From Octopus bimaculoides (Eukaryota): a DNA stretch of 32,409 nt. The position numbers and the translations under genes were made by a program. The stretch's first letter is position 1, and each line of letters starts with the position of its first letter. The stretch lies in assembly GCF_001194135.2 (NCBI RefSeq), contig NC_068997.1:8796042-8828450 (forward strand), written 5' to 3'. Positions 1-10,092 of the stretch are shown here, in pieces. The notes below the pieces were generated by a model. The model searched no databases. It saw only the letters and a list, made by a program, of their open reading frames with translations, and was not told where the DNA came from.

Positions 1-183
1 TGATTAATCAGACATTTTAAACAAATGAAATTCTTTGCATGAAATCTTGAATTTTAAAACCATGTATAGAATTTAGCTTGAGGGATAAATTTCATTAACA
101 TTTGTTTCAAATGACTCATACAAACTTCTCATCATATAGTAAATCTCTCCAACACTACAGCCCTCTCTGTCTTTGCATCCTTA

Positions 184-214
<31 letters not shown>

Positions 215-231
215 TATTATCATTATTATTA

Positions 232-493
232 AAGGTGGTGAGCTGGCAGAATCATTAGTGTGTCGGACGGAATGCCTAGTGGCATTTCTTCCGGCTCGTG
301 AGAGTTCAAATTCTGCTGAGGTCAGCTTTACCTNNNNNNNNNNNNNNNNNNNNNNNNNNNNNNNNNNNNNNNNNNNNNNNNNNNNNNNNNNNNNNNNNNN
401 NNNNNNNNNNNNNNNNNNNNNNNNNGGGGGGGACGATGTAACTGATTTACCCCTTTCCTTCAAAACTACTGGCTTTGTGCCAAAATTAGAAAG
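232..493 (+). mobile_element. tRNA-derived SINE, family A (contains an N gap)
   Basis: Head ggtggtgagctggcagaatc, B-box-like gagttcaaattc, tail ggctttgtgccaaaattagaaag. (ATT)n on both sides. Confidence 0.8.
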
Positions 494-809
494 TATTATT
501 ATTATTATTATTTTATGTTTGACTTTTGTTTTGCATTTGTACAAGTTGGATCCAAGTCTCGCCCAGAGACCTCAAGAGACAACAAGTTAGAAGTTCATGT
601 AGGTGTTATGCCTAGGGTACCATATATTTGGATTTGTACAGTTTTGTTCTAGTGAATGTTTAAGAAACCATAAGAAAATTATGTGTTTGCTTTAAAATTT
701 GAGATCACATAGACAGTATTTTACGTAGGATATGGGCAGTTCCCATGAGCACTATCTTTTGAACCTCAGCCATTTTGGGGTTTCTTGGTATCTGAGCTCA
801 TTATTATTA

Positions 810-843
<34 letters not shown>

Positions 844-851
844 CATCATCA

Positions 852-1228
852 AAGGCAGTAAACTAGCAGAATTGTTACCAAATAAGTACAGTTGAGTTCT
901 GGGATTGATGTAATCAACTAGACCCCACTCCCAAAATCTCAGGCCTAGTGCTTATGGTCGAAAGGATTATTATTATTATTNNNNNNNNNNAGTAGTAGTA
1001 GTAGTAGTAGTATTGTTAAGGCAGTTAGTTGGCAAGATTGTTAGTACGTTACACAAAATGCTTAGCAGCATTTTGTCCATCATTACGTTCTGAGTTCAAA
1101 TTCCTCCAAGGTCACATTACCTTCCATCATTCCAGGGTTGATAAAATAAGTACCAGTTGAACACTAGGGTGAATGTAGTTGACTGATCCCCTCCCTAATC
1201 TGGCTGTCCTTGTGCCAAAATTTGAAAT
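852..1228 (+). mobile_element. Two family A SINEs (852-965 internally deleted; 1018-1228)
   Basis: Same head, central domain (ccttccatcattccagggttgataaaataagtaccag) and tail as the other copies. Separated by microsatellite. Confidence 0.75.
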
Positions 1229-1253
1229 AATTATTATTATCTTTATTATATAA

Positions 1254-1852
1254 GGCACCTGGAGAGGAAGGCCCATGCCAACCGACTGCATGGTGGGGTG
1301 CTGGATGGGAGGACCTGTTAAGTTGCTCGGTTTCTAGTTCAGTCCAGATCTCCAAGTGGACAAGAACTGAGGCGAGGTGACAGACAGGGTGACCAGTCTC
1401 ACCCAGAAATAGGCCAAGAGGAAGCTGTCTCTGAAAGGTTGGATGGAAGTGGTGAATGCATACAACACATCCATCATATACTATTGCCTGACTATCGTCC
1501 CTTGCCCCTCTTCATGGCTGAACGGGCTGGTGTGTTTGATTTTGCACTTCCTGTGGAGGGAACAGGTATCGTTTATTAAATGGTCTATTTACTGTCAGCA
1601 CCTGTTGCGTGGAGGACTGGGAATGCTGTGGCTGAGAACACACAGACACGCACTGAGGCTGCAACATCTCCAGTGATACCTTAACGGTGAGCAGGTGAGG
1701 TTGCTGTTTGTTGAATTCACTTTTCCGCAGCTCATCTCCTTGATGGAGTTACAGTCCCGGATCACGCATAGACCAAGGTAGGGCACTTGGCACCTCAGGT
1801 GTCTCCAAGTGCTCACAGCCCTTGGCCAGTCAGGTAATGCGGTCAGTGGAAG
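1254..1852 (+). mobile_element. Decayed Tx1/L1-superfamily LINE ORF2 fragment (end of RT and post-RT region)
   Basis: One frame reads GTWRGRPM...GGPVKLLGF*FSPDLQVDKN*GEV...QK*AKRKLSLKGWMEVVNAY...FLWREQV...GGLGM...HALRLQHLQ. The first three stops fall at expected Trp positions. Confidence 0.8.
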
Positions 1853-2030
1853 TTCTATCTTCCATTGGTGTTTTTAGGTCTTCAACTTGGCATTCAACAT
1901 CTTCTGCAAGCTGTTGTGTATATGTCTTCTGTGGTCTTCCAGCCAATGTGGTACCATGATTTGGTGTCCACAGCAACACTTTACTCATAAGTTCATCCTT
2001 ACTTCTCTAGCAGTGGCCAGTAAACTTCAA
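1853..2030 (-). mobile_element. RTE-clade LINE C-terminal fragment
   Basis: Minus strand reads LKFTGHC*RSKDELMSKVLLWTPNHGTTLAGRPQKTYTQQLAEDVECQVEDLKTPMEDR, a typical RTE post-RT motif. Confidence 0.75.
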
Positions 2031-2207
2031 TCCCCACTCTTTGTTGATTTTTCCAAGACTCTGTACACAGAGACAAGATGGCAGAAATCCTTAAGGCATA
2101 TGGAATCCTGATGAAAGAATAAAGGCAGGAATGATGCAGTATAAAAACACCCAAGCCAAAGTGCAGTACCCGATGGAGATACTGACTTCTTCGATGTTCG
2201 TGCAGGA
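2031..2207 (+). mobile_element. RTE-clade LINE RT-core fragment, inverted relative to the adjacent piece
   Basis: With frameshifts it reads LFVDFSK..HRDKMAEILKAYGI..YKNTQAKV..DGDTDFFDVRAG (RT domains 3-4). Confidence 0.75.
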
Positions 2208-2225
2208 ATAATAATAATAATAACA

Positions 2226-2501
2226 TTCAAACCCCCGCCAAGGTTGACTTTGCCTTTCATCCTTTTGGGGTCAATTAAATAAGTACCAGTTACGCACTGG
2301 TGCTGATGTAATTAACTTAATCCTTTTGTCTGTCCTTGTTTGTCCCATCTCTGCCGAGGTCAACTTTGCCTTTCATCTTTTTGTGGTCGATTAAATACAT
2401 ACCAGTTATGCACTGATGTCAGCATAATCGACTTAATCCCTTTGTCTGTCTTTGTTTGTCCCCTCTATATTTAGCCCCTTGTGGGGGCAATAAAGAAATA
2501 A
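2226..2501 (+). mobile_element. Headless family A SINE with ~116 bp internal tandem duplication
   Basis: Units 2237-2352 and 2353-2468 both read gccraggtyractttgcctttcatc...gtccc. Confidence 0.8.
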
Positions 2502-2530
2502 ATAATGATGATGATGATGATGATGATAAT

Positions 2531-2740
2531 GGTTTCAAGTTTTGGCACAAGGCCAGCAAGTTCAGGGGTGGGGTAAGTTGATTCCATTGACCTCAGTGCT
2601 CAACTGCTACTCATTTTATTGACCCTGAAAGGACAAAAAGTGAAGTTGACTTCGGTGAAATTTGAACTCAGAATGTAAAGACATGAAATACTGTTAAGCA
2701 TTTTGTTTGTCATGCTAACAATTCTACCAGCTCGCCACCT
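2531..2740 (-). mobile_element. Family A SINE
   Basis: Reverse complement of head (ccagctcgccacctt), B box (tttgaactcag) and tail. Microsatellites on both sides. Confidence 0.8.
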
Positions 2741-2817
2741 TAATAATAATGATGATGGTGATGGTGTTCTGTTTTTTATTTAACAACTAATTTCCTTGTG
2801 TTACCATTCTATTTCAG

Positions 2818-3033
2818 GATAAAAATATGTCTCCTGTCACATCACAAAACTTGAAGAAAGTTTCTGCTACTGACCACCAAATAGATAACACCAAGAAAAA
2901 ACTCTTAGCTGAACAAATTCGACAGAAAATGAAGTCCATCTTAACTCCACTACAGACGCCTGTTTATAAACCTGAATTACACCAACCACGAGCAAAAGGT
3001 CGGCCTCCAAAACAATTATCAACTGCTGTAATG
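2818..3033 (+). CDS. BAZ2B: BAZ2 coding exon A (phase 0/0): DKNMSPVTSQ...RAKGRPPKQLSTAVM
   Basis: Acceptor ttctatttcag|GAT, open frame, donor ATG|gtttgt at 3034. An alternative in-frame donor GCT|gtaatg lies at 3028. The sequence is poorly conserved, so the call rests on splice signals and phase. Confidence 0.75.
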
Positions 3034-3093
3034 GTTTGTACTACTTTTCACTTTTTGCTCTATCAAAACCATTGTCGTGACAATGATGATGAT

Positions 3094-3455
3094 CATCATC
3101 ATCATCGTTTAACGTCCGCTGTCCATGCTAGCATGGGTTGGACGATTTGACTGAGGACTGGTGAAACCAGATGGCTACACCAGGCTCCAATCTGATTTGG
3201 CAGAGTTTCTACAGCTGGATGCCCTTCCTAACACCAACCACTCCGCGAGTGTAGTGGGTGCTTTTACGTGCCACCGGCACGAATGCCAGTCAGGCGGTGT
3301 ATTTTATGTGCCACCCACACAAGATCCAGTCCAGGGTCACTGGCAACAATCTCACTCGAAAATCCTTACACGTGTCACGGGCACAAGTGCCAGAAAGGCA
3401 ATGCTGGGCACAGGTGCCATCCCGATTTCGCTTTCGCTTGCCCCAATAAGTCTTC
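3094..3455 (-). mobile_element. Family C repeat with RTE-type 3' tail ending in (GAT)n
   Basis: catcatcgtttaacgtccgct...ctggatgcccttcctaac...; near-identical copies at 17.6-18.2 kb, 20.8-21.0 kb and 29.06-29.38 kb. Confidence 0.85.
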
Positions 3456-3476
3456 TTATGATGATAATCATAATAA

Positions 3477-3683
3477 TTCTTTCTACTGGAAGCACAAGTT
3501 TTGGGGGAGGGATTAAGTTGATTACGTCAACTCCAGTGTGTAACTGGTACTTGTTTAATCAACCCTGAAAGGATGAAAGGCAAAGCCAACCTTGGCAGAA
3601 TTTGAACTCAGAACCTGAAGACAAGGCAAAATACCGCTAAGCATTTCACCTGGTGTGCTAACAATTCTGCCAGCTCTCCACTC

Positions 3684-3684
<1 letters not shown>
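3477..3684 (-). mobile_element. Family A SINE
   Basis: Full head, central domain and tail on the minus strand, with (AAT)n at 3685-3735. Confidence 0.82.
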
Positions 3685-3734
<50 letters not shown>

Positions 3735-4010
3735 TAATCTTGGTCTAAATGATGGGCTACAGCAAACATTCTGCTCAATACCACAGATTTGCTTGTCAGT
3801 TGTTTGACCTTAACCAGTTGAGCATGTCCCTTGGTGGCTGACGATATGTGCATCTCTGATCATGAGCAGAAGTAGTGGGGGAACATCATAGCCATGTGTT
3901 GAGAGGAATTCTTTGGTGGTTTAGACAATTCACTTTTGGAAACATGGGTGTTTCATTCAACATTCTTAAACAAACCTTATTCAGGAACCTTTTGAGCAGG
4001 ATAGGCTACT

Positions 4011-4185
4011 CATCATCATTATCATCAGTCTTCCATGCATGCATAAGTAAGGATGGTTGATAGGAGCCGGCCAGGCAGAAGACTACCCCAGCCTACTGTG
4101 TCCGTTTTGGCAGAGTTTTTACATTTGGATGCCCTTCCTAACACCAACCATTCTGCAGCGTGGACTGAGTGCTTTTTACCTGTAA
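4011..4185 (-). mobile_element. Diverged family C-like repeat
   Basis: Starts with (CAT)n; contains ttggcagagtttttacatttggatgcccttcctaacaccaacca. Confidence 0.65.
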
Positions 4186-4350
4186 AGCAGTTGCAGGTAC
4201 TTGCAGCAAAGGAAGAAATTCTGGAATGTGGTCTCGAGATGCTGACTTTTATGAACAAAATGACAAACAATGTGTGGTGCAACCTTTACTAGCATGAAAA
4301 ATAAAACTTTAAACGACAAATATTAATAATAATAATAATAATAATAATAA

Positions 4351-4592
4351 TCCTTTCTATTATAGGCACAAGGCTAATTGCCTGACTATCGTCCCTTGCC
4401 CCTCTTCATGGCTGAACGGGCTGGTGTGTTTGCTTTTGCACTTCCTGTGGAGGGAACAGGTATCGTTTATTAAATGGTCTAGGCTAATTTTATCAATCCT
4501 GATAGGATGAAAGGCAAAATTGGACTTGGAGTATAAAGATGGACGAAATGCTGCTAAGCATTTTGTCAGACATACCAACAACTTTGCTACCA
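4351..4592 (-). mobile_element. Family A SINE whose interior is replaced by a 105 bp Tx1-derived insert (4377-4481)
   Basis: SINE tail tcctttctattataggcacaagg and SINE body ttttatcaatcctgataggatgaaaggc flank a copy of 1483-1587. Confidence 0.8.
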
Positions 4593-4924
4593 GTGGCTCT
4601 TCCAGTGCAACTCCCTCACCATCTGCCATCCTCTGAGGCAAAGCCTCTTTCAGTTTGTCTGCGAGGACCATGAGGCAGACTGACAAATCATGTCTTTTAA
4701 ATTTAAGGTCTATTAGCTCAACATTCTACCGTATTAGATAAATAAATAATCGCAGTTTAATGCAAAGCTCTTTATAATAATAAAAGTTTTTAATTTAAGT
4801 CAATTTTGAGGGCTGCAGATTCCATTGACCCCCCCCCCCCCTACTTGTCTGGTACTTTTGTTATCGACCCTAAAAGGTGTTTAAAGAAAAAAATAACTTT
4901 TTTTTTTAATGATTTATGTTACAG

Positions 4925-5080
4925 GATATGAGAGAAACAAATTCCGAGGATAAACCATTGCAGTTGGTTAAAAAGCCAGTTCATCAAAACAATGAAGAAC
5001 TATCAATGTATCGGCCACTTGATCTGAAAACCCCCATCTCTTCATCTGCTCATGTTCCTGGTGTCAAAAATAAATCAGAG
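4925..5080 (+). CDS. BAZ2B: BAZ2 coding exon B (0/0): DMRETNSEDKPLQLVKK...RPLDLKT...KNKSE
   Basis: Polypyrimidine tract plus ttacag|GAT, 156 nt open frame, donor GAG|gtttgt. Confidence 0.8.
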
Positions 5081-5132
5081 GTTTGTATGACCACTTGATC
5101 CTTATTCAATGGCTATTGCTCAGTGTATCTTA

Positions 5133-5530
5133 TACTCATTTTAGTCATTGGACTGCAGCCATGTGGGGGTACCCCCATTGAATGGTTTAGCCGAACAAAT
5201 TGGCCCGAGTATTTGTTTGTTTTAAATCAGGTACTTATTCTCTCTGTCTCTTTTGCTGAATTACTGTCAAGGGGATGTAAACAAACTAACACTGATCATC
5301 AAGCAGTGATGAGGAAAAAATACAGACATACACACGTATATACATTTCTATATATATATGTGTATGTGTATAACAGGCTTCCATACAGTTTTCATTTACT
5401 AAATTCACCCACAAGACTTCAGTTGGCCCAAGGCTATAGTAGAAGACACCTGTTCAAGGTGCTATGCTGTGGGATTGAACTTGAATCAATATGGTTGCAA
5501 AGTGAGCTTCTTAACCACAAAGCCATGCCA
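5133..5530 (-). mobile_element. tRNA-derived SINE, family B (CORE-like central segment)
   Basis: Reverse complement of the ggcatggctttgtggttaagaagc head, the ccttgaacaggtgtcttctactatagcc core and the B1 tail. Confidence 0.8.
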
Positions 5531-5584
5531 TTTTACTCTTTTATTGTATGCGTTCACTATTTAACCAGACACGGCTCTGTCAAC

Positions 5585-5880
5585 CTTCAAGTGTCTTCTA
5601 CTGTACCACTGGGCCAACCAATGCTTTGAGAGTAGATCTGATAGATGGATACTGTGTGGAAGCCTGTCATGTGGAGGTGTCTTTGTGTTTCTATTTGTCC
5701 ACCCGACCACTTGATAATTGGTGTGGTTTTGTTTATAGGCTCCATAACTTTGTGGTTCAGCAAAAGTGATCAATAAAATAAATACCAGGCTTAAAAATAT
5801 AACTACTAGGGTCATTTTATTCAACTAAACCCATCAGGGTGGTGCCCCAGCATGGCTACAGTCCAATAACCGAAACTGAG
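5585..5880 (+). mobile_element. 5'-truncated family B SINE
   Basis: aagtgtcttctactgtacc...ggtggtgccccagcatggctacagtcc. Confidence 0.7.
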
Positions 5881-5915
5881 ACATCAATATTTTACAAAGG
5901 TTTAAAAAAAGGACT

Positions 5916-6118
5916 TTGCCAGTGGCACATTAAAAGCACCATCCAAACATGATTGATGCTAGGTCCATCTGACTGGTGTTAGGAAGGGCATCCAGCTGTA
6001 GAAACCTTGCCAGATCAGATTGGAACCTGGTGTAGCCGCTGTCTCTCCAGACCTCATTCAAACCATACAACCCATGCCAGCGTGGAAAACGGACGTTAAA
6101 CAATGATGATGATGATGT
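5916..6118 (+). mobile_element. Family C repeat, 3' part
   Basis: ggtgttaggaagggcatccagctgtagaaac...ggacgttaaacaatgatgatg. Confidence 0.8.
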
Positions 6119-6176
6119 TTTTAACAAATATTTTTTTTTGTAAATATTATTTAGTTTCTTTCATTTTATTTTCCAG

Positions 6177-6321
6177 AATGGTGACTCTAAAAGTAGTTTA
6201 TTGTCAAGTAGTTTCTCAGCTAACGGCCAAAACGATTCTGTCATCACCAAATACAAATTGATGAGTGATAAAAACAGTTCCAATAGTAGCAGTTCTGATG
6301 ACGATTCTGATTCTGGTTCAG
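6177..6321 (+). CDS. BAZ2B: BAZ2 coding exon C (0/1): NGDSKSSLLSSS...SSSSDDDSDSGS
   Basis: Acceptor ttttatttttccag|AAT, donor CAG|gtatgt. Ser/Asp-rich, like the acidic tract upstream of the TAM domain in BAZ2B. Confidence 0.85.
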
Positions 6322-6485
6322 GTATGTATCACATCATTCCATCATCATTTTTGTGGTGGTTCTTTTTTTTTCTTTTACCTTACACACCTGTGCTTTCCTC
6401 CCACCTCATCTCAAATCCTGTTACTGCATTCCTTTATTATCTGGTACATGATGTACAGTAAGAGAAAGTTACCAAGTGTTTTTTT

Positions 6486-6520
<35 letters not shown>

Positions 6521-7149
6521 GCATAGGTTTTACTGGATGACCTTACTCTCACCAACATACTTCACTGTGTGAATTAGGTGCATTTTTATTGTCACCAGCA
6601 CTAGAGAGAGATTGTTTGTGTTGGCACTAAGGGGCCTATTGCTACTTTGTAGACACTTCATGCATTGAGTACATATTAAATTTTATTAAACATGACCATA
6701 GTTTTCAAGCAATAAACGATTCTCATCAAGACAATGATATGATTTGTTGAATTGGAACTTATTGCAAAGCTGCATGATAAACAACATTTTTTTGTCTTCC
6801 CATTCAGGGGTCATTACAATTGTTTTTCTATCCAACCTCTTTCTCTCTCTCTCTCTCTCTCTTTCTGTTGACTGTTTTCAACCATCTCTATCACCACCAC
6901 ATCTACCATACACACATACCATTCAAACTTCTGATACCACCATCATCAATACCTTTGACTTTACCGTCTTCCCCTCCACAACCCCATTACCATCACGACC
7001 GTCAGTCTACTACCACCCTCACCATCTCTATGCCTACTATTACTCTCATCCCAACATGAGGAATAGTAGAACTGTCATTGAATAGTGAGAGAGGGGGTCA
7101 AAGTGTGACACACTGGCACACAGAAATTCATTTTGGCATTTATATATAT

Positions 7150-7388
7150 AATGTATGTATGTGTGTGTGTATATATATATAACATATGCATGTATATGTG
7201 TCTGTGTTTGTCCCCACTACCATCGCTTGACAACCGATATTGATATTAACTTAGTGGTATGGCAAAAGAGCCCAATAGAATAAGTACTAGGCTTACAAAA
7301 AATAAGTGCTGGGGTTGATTTGTTCGACTAAAAGGCAAGTGCTCCAGCATGGTCACAGTTAAATAACTAAAACAAGTAAAAGGATATC
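7150..7388 (+). mobile_element. Family B SINE, 3' half
   Basis: Matches 8690-8890 (catcgcttgacaaccgat...gaataagtactaggcttacaaa...gctccagcatgg). Confidence 0.78.
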
Positions 7389-7532
7389 ATTAACAATATC
7401 GACACAAAAGTTTTAATGTGTGTGTGTATGGTATTAAATGAAAGATATATAGCAACACTTGTGTACGTAATAAATGACTGGCTTTTTTTTTTCTTTTTTT
7501 CTTTTTTTTTTTTTTCTCTTCCCTAATCGCAG

Positions 7533-7685
7533 AAAGTGACAGTTCCGATAGTTCAGACAGTGGATCTTGTTCAGAAAGTATGGAATCAGATGATGATCAA
7601 TCGACCCGTGACAGTGAAAATAGTTCAACATCTTTAAGTACAGGAGACAAAAGAACTGCTGATATTAGTGGGAATGGCTCTGGAA
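7533..7685 (+). CDS. BAZ2B: BAZ2 coding exon D (1/1): ESDSSDSSDSGSCSESMESDDDQ...SGNGSG
   Basis: Long T tract plus gcag|AA, 153 nt, donor GGAA|gtaagt. Not in the ORF track (no start codon early enough) but in phase with exons C and E. Confidence 0.88.
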
Positions 7686-7802
7686 GTAAGTATAGCTTCA
7701 ACTCAAGAATATACACACGATGGTCTCAAGAATATTGACTTTGTCATCATCATCATATTATCTAAATGTTATTAAACCAGCATCATTTGGGTTTGTTTTA
7801 AT

Positions 7803-7980
7803 GATTTAGCATTCAGATTACCCTGTCTACTATAATACTTATTTATTCACAATCTTTTGAATTAATCCTGGATTATCTCTTAGCTTAGAGATTTCAATGA
7901 TGTGATTGTTTGTTTTAGAAGGACATTATAGGGTAGGTGTGAGGAGTCAGATCTGGCCATTTAAATGCTAATGGGGTAAC
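7803..7980 (+). mobile_element. MITE-like family E, internally deleted
   Basis: tttagcattcagatt...gggtaggtgtgagg..cagatctggcc..aaatgctaatggggtaa; homologous to 8953-9287, 19935-20165 and 31883-32108. Confidence 0.7.
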
Positions 7981-8500
7981 ACTGTTTCCATTATTTCTTT
8001 GATATATTTCACTGTGTGTTAACATGAAAATATGTAAAAATTGAGTTGGTTTAGTTTGCAGTATACTGTATAACAATTTGTCTATGTGTATGTAAGAGCA
8101 ATATCTGTGTATAGTCTGTACACCCAAGGAGGGCCCAATAAGGCAGTACAGTGTACAGATAAACACACAAATGCACACATGTATGTATATAAAGGAAAAT
8201 AAAAATGGAACATGGAAACAATTAATAGAAGAGGACAACAGACAAATTAACATGGAAATCCCCTCATCAGTCATGGAGACCAGACTCATTATAGTTTCAG
8301 CATTTTAAAGCCTGAAAATATTAAATTCCATGGCATTTGCACCTCTGATTATGCCAGTGGTACAGGGAGTATCACTGATGTTGATGTGATACAACCAAAG
8401 ACTTAAAATGAAGGCAACAATGTACAAGGGAGGCAGAAGACTATGAACAGAAACAAGGAATACAAACACAAGAGATTTAAAAGTTAAAAATGAATGTATA

Positions 8501-8890
8501 GGCGTAGCAGTGGTAAGTAGCTTCCTTACCAACCACATGGTTCCGGGTTCAGTCCCACTGCGTGGCACCTTGGGCAAGTGTCTTCTAGTATAGCCTCAGG
8601 CCGACCAAAGCCTTGTGAGTGGATTTGGTAGACGGAAACTGAAAGAAGCCCGTCGTATATATATGTATATATATATATGTGTATGTGTTTGTGTGTCTGT
8701 GTTTGTCCCCCCAACATCGCTTGACAACCGATGCTGGTGTGTTTACGTCCCCGTCACTTAGCGGTTTGGCAAAAGAGACCGATAGAATAAGTACTAGGCT
8801 TACAAAGAATAAGTCCTGGGGGTCGATTTGCTCGACTAAAGGCGGTGCTCCAGCATGGCTGCAGTCAAGTGACTGAAACAAGTAAAAGAG
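8501..8890 (+). mobile_element. Least-decayed, near full-length family B SINE (B1 tail)
   Basis: B box ccgggttcagtccc; MIR/CORE-like ggcaccttgggcaagtgtctt; internal (TA)/(TG) repeats; many CpGs retained. Confidence 0.9.
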
Positions 8891-8952
8891 TATATGCACA
8901 CACACACATTGTAGTCTTTCAGTGGTGTAACAGAAAAACTCATCCAGTTCAA

Positions 8953-9287
8953 TTAGGTGTGAGGGGCCAGATCTGGCCAATTTGAACATGAAACAGGTAG
9001 AATATTTGGGTTGGATATGGCCAGTGCAAATGCTAATGGTTTAACCTTTAAGCATTTAAAGCAGCCATATCTGACCATATTCTATTCTATATGTTTTATG
9101 TTCAAACTGGCCAGATCTGGCCTTTTACACCTACCCTATAATGCCATTCTAAAAATAAACAGTCACATCATCGAAATCCCAAAGCTATTAGATAATACAT
9201 AAGTAATTCAAAACCATGTAATTCAAAAGTAATTCAAAATTCATAACCATTGCATTCAGCAGATTAATCTGAACGCTAAAGGTTTAA
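8953..9287. mobile_element. Two family E MITE-like copies in opposite orientation sharing TTAA at 9041-9044
   Basis: ...aaatgctaatggt|TTAA|cctttaagcattt...gaacgctaaaggt|TTAA (9284-9287). Confidence 0.75.
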
Positions 9288-9341
9288 AGAGTTTAAAAAT
9301 TGAATTTTTTCTTTCTTTCTTTTTTTTTTTTAAACCTGCAG

Positions 9342-9520
9342 CATCTGCTCCTGTGAAGAAACGCCGTGTCATAGATGAAAAAGAGTTACGGATTCCTCTA
9401 GAACACAGTTGGCAACGACAAACCAAAATTAGGGGTATTGGAAAACGTGGTATCATTGGAGAAGTCATGTACCATGCTCCATGTGGTAAAAAGCTTCGTA
9501 CTTATTCAGATGTGATGAGG
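9342..9520 (+). CDS. BAZ2B: BAZ2 coding exon E (1/0): TAM/MBD N-half, TSAPVKKRRVIDEKELRIPLEHSWQRQTKIRG...APCGKKLRTYSDVMR
   Basis: Acceptor cctgcag|CA, donor AGG|gtaagt. Clear MBD-like TAM signature; basic KKRR (possible NLS) at 9356-9367. Confidence 0.96.
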
Positions 9521-10092
9521 GTAAGTTTTTTAAGAGAAATAATATTATCCATAGGAATGATTTATGATGACTGCAACTAAGTAAATCTTGTCGGATGTTA
9601 TACTACGAAGAATAAAGTCACTAATTCATGTCACATCACTGACATTAATTTGTGTTTATGGTCAAGACAATTCACAACATAATCATTCTAACAAAGTGTG
9701 AATATAAGAGTAGTTGTGTATTAGTATATAGTGTGTCTTGTCTTGAAGCAAGCACAGGTGCATAAGGTACCAAAAAAAAAGAACCACCACAAAAATGGTG
9801 ATGAAATGATGTGTTACATCATACCTGAATTAGAATCTGATTGTTCTTAACGATGAGTGCACAATATTAATCTAAAACACCTGGCAGCAAAGTAATGAGA
9901 ACTTACCAAACTTACCAGAACTTGATTAGTTTGGTGGTTTACTGAGTCAAGACTAAATTCTTTCACTCAACAATAAAATCAGTTACCTGATAGTTAGCCA
10001 TGGGAGGAAAGACAATGTCTAAATTCTTAAGTATTTATCATTTTTGTTTTAATTGCAGTTAATTCTCTGCTTTCTTTCTATTTTGGTTACAG

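Noticed and set aside
102-590. ORFs with poly-Ile, poly-Tyr/His, poly-Leu or poly-Phe (also 16895-17233 and 28183-28603)
   Set aside because: Translations of (ATT)n, (ATC)n and poly-T microsatellites.
3161-3568. Recurring ORFs beginning MKPDGYTRLQS (also 17846, 20771, 29139)
   Set aside because: They are antisense readings of the family C repeat tail, with variable length and frameshifts; not a gene family.
3737-4010. Non-microsatellite block that looks like another interspersed repeat (likewise ~600-790 and ~23870-23940)
   Set aside because: Single copy in this window, so repeat status cannot be shown from the sequence alone.
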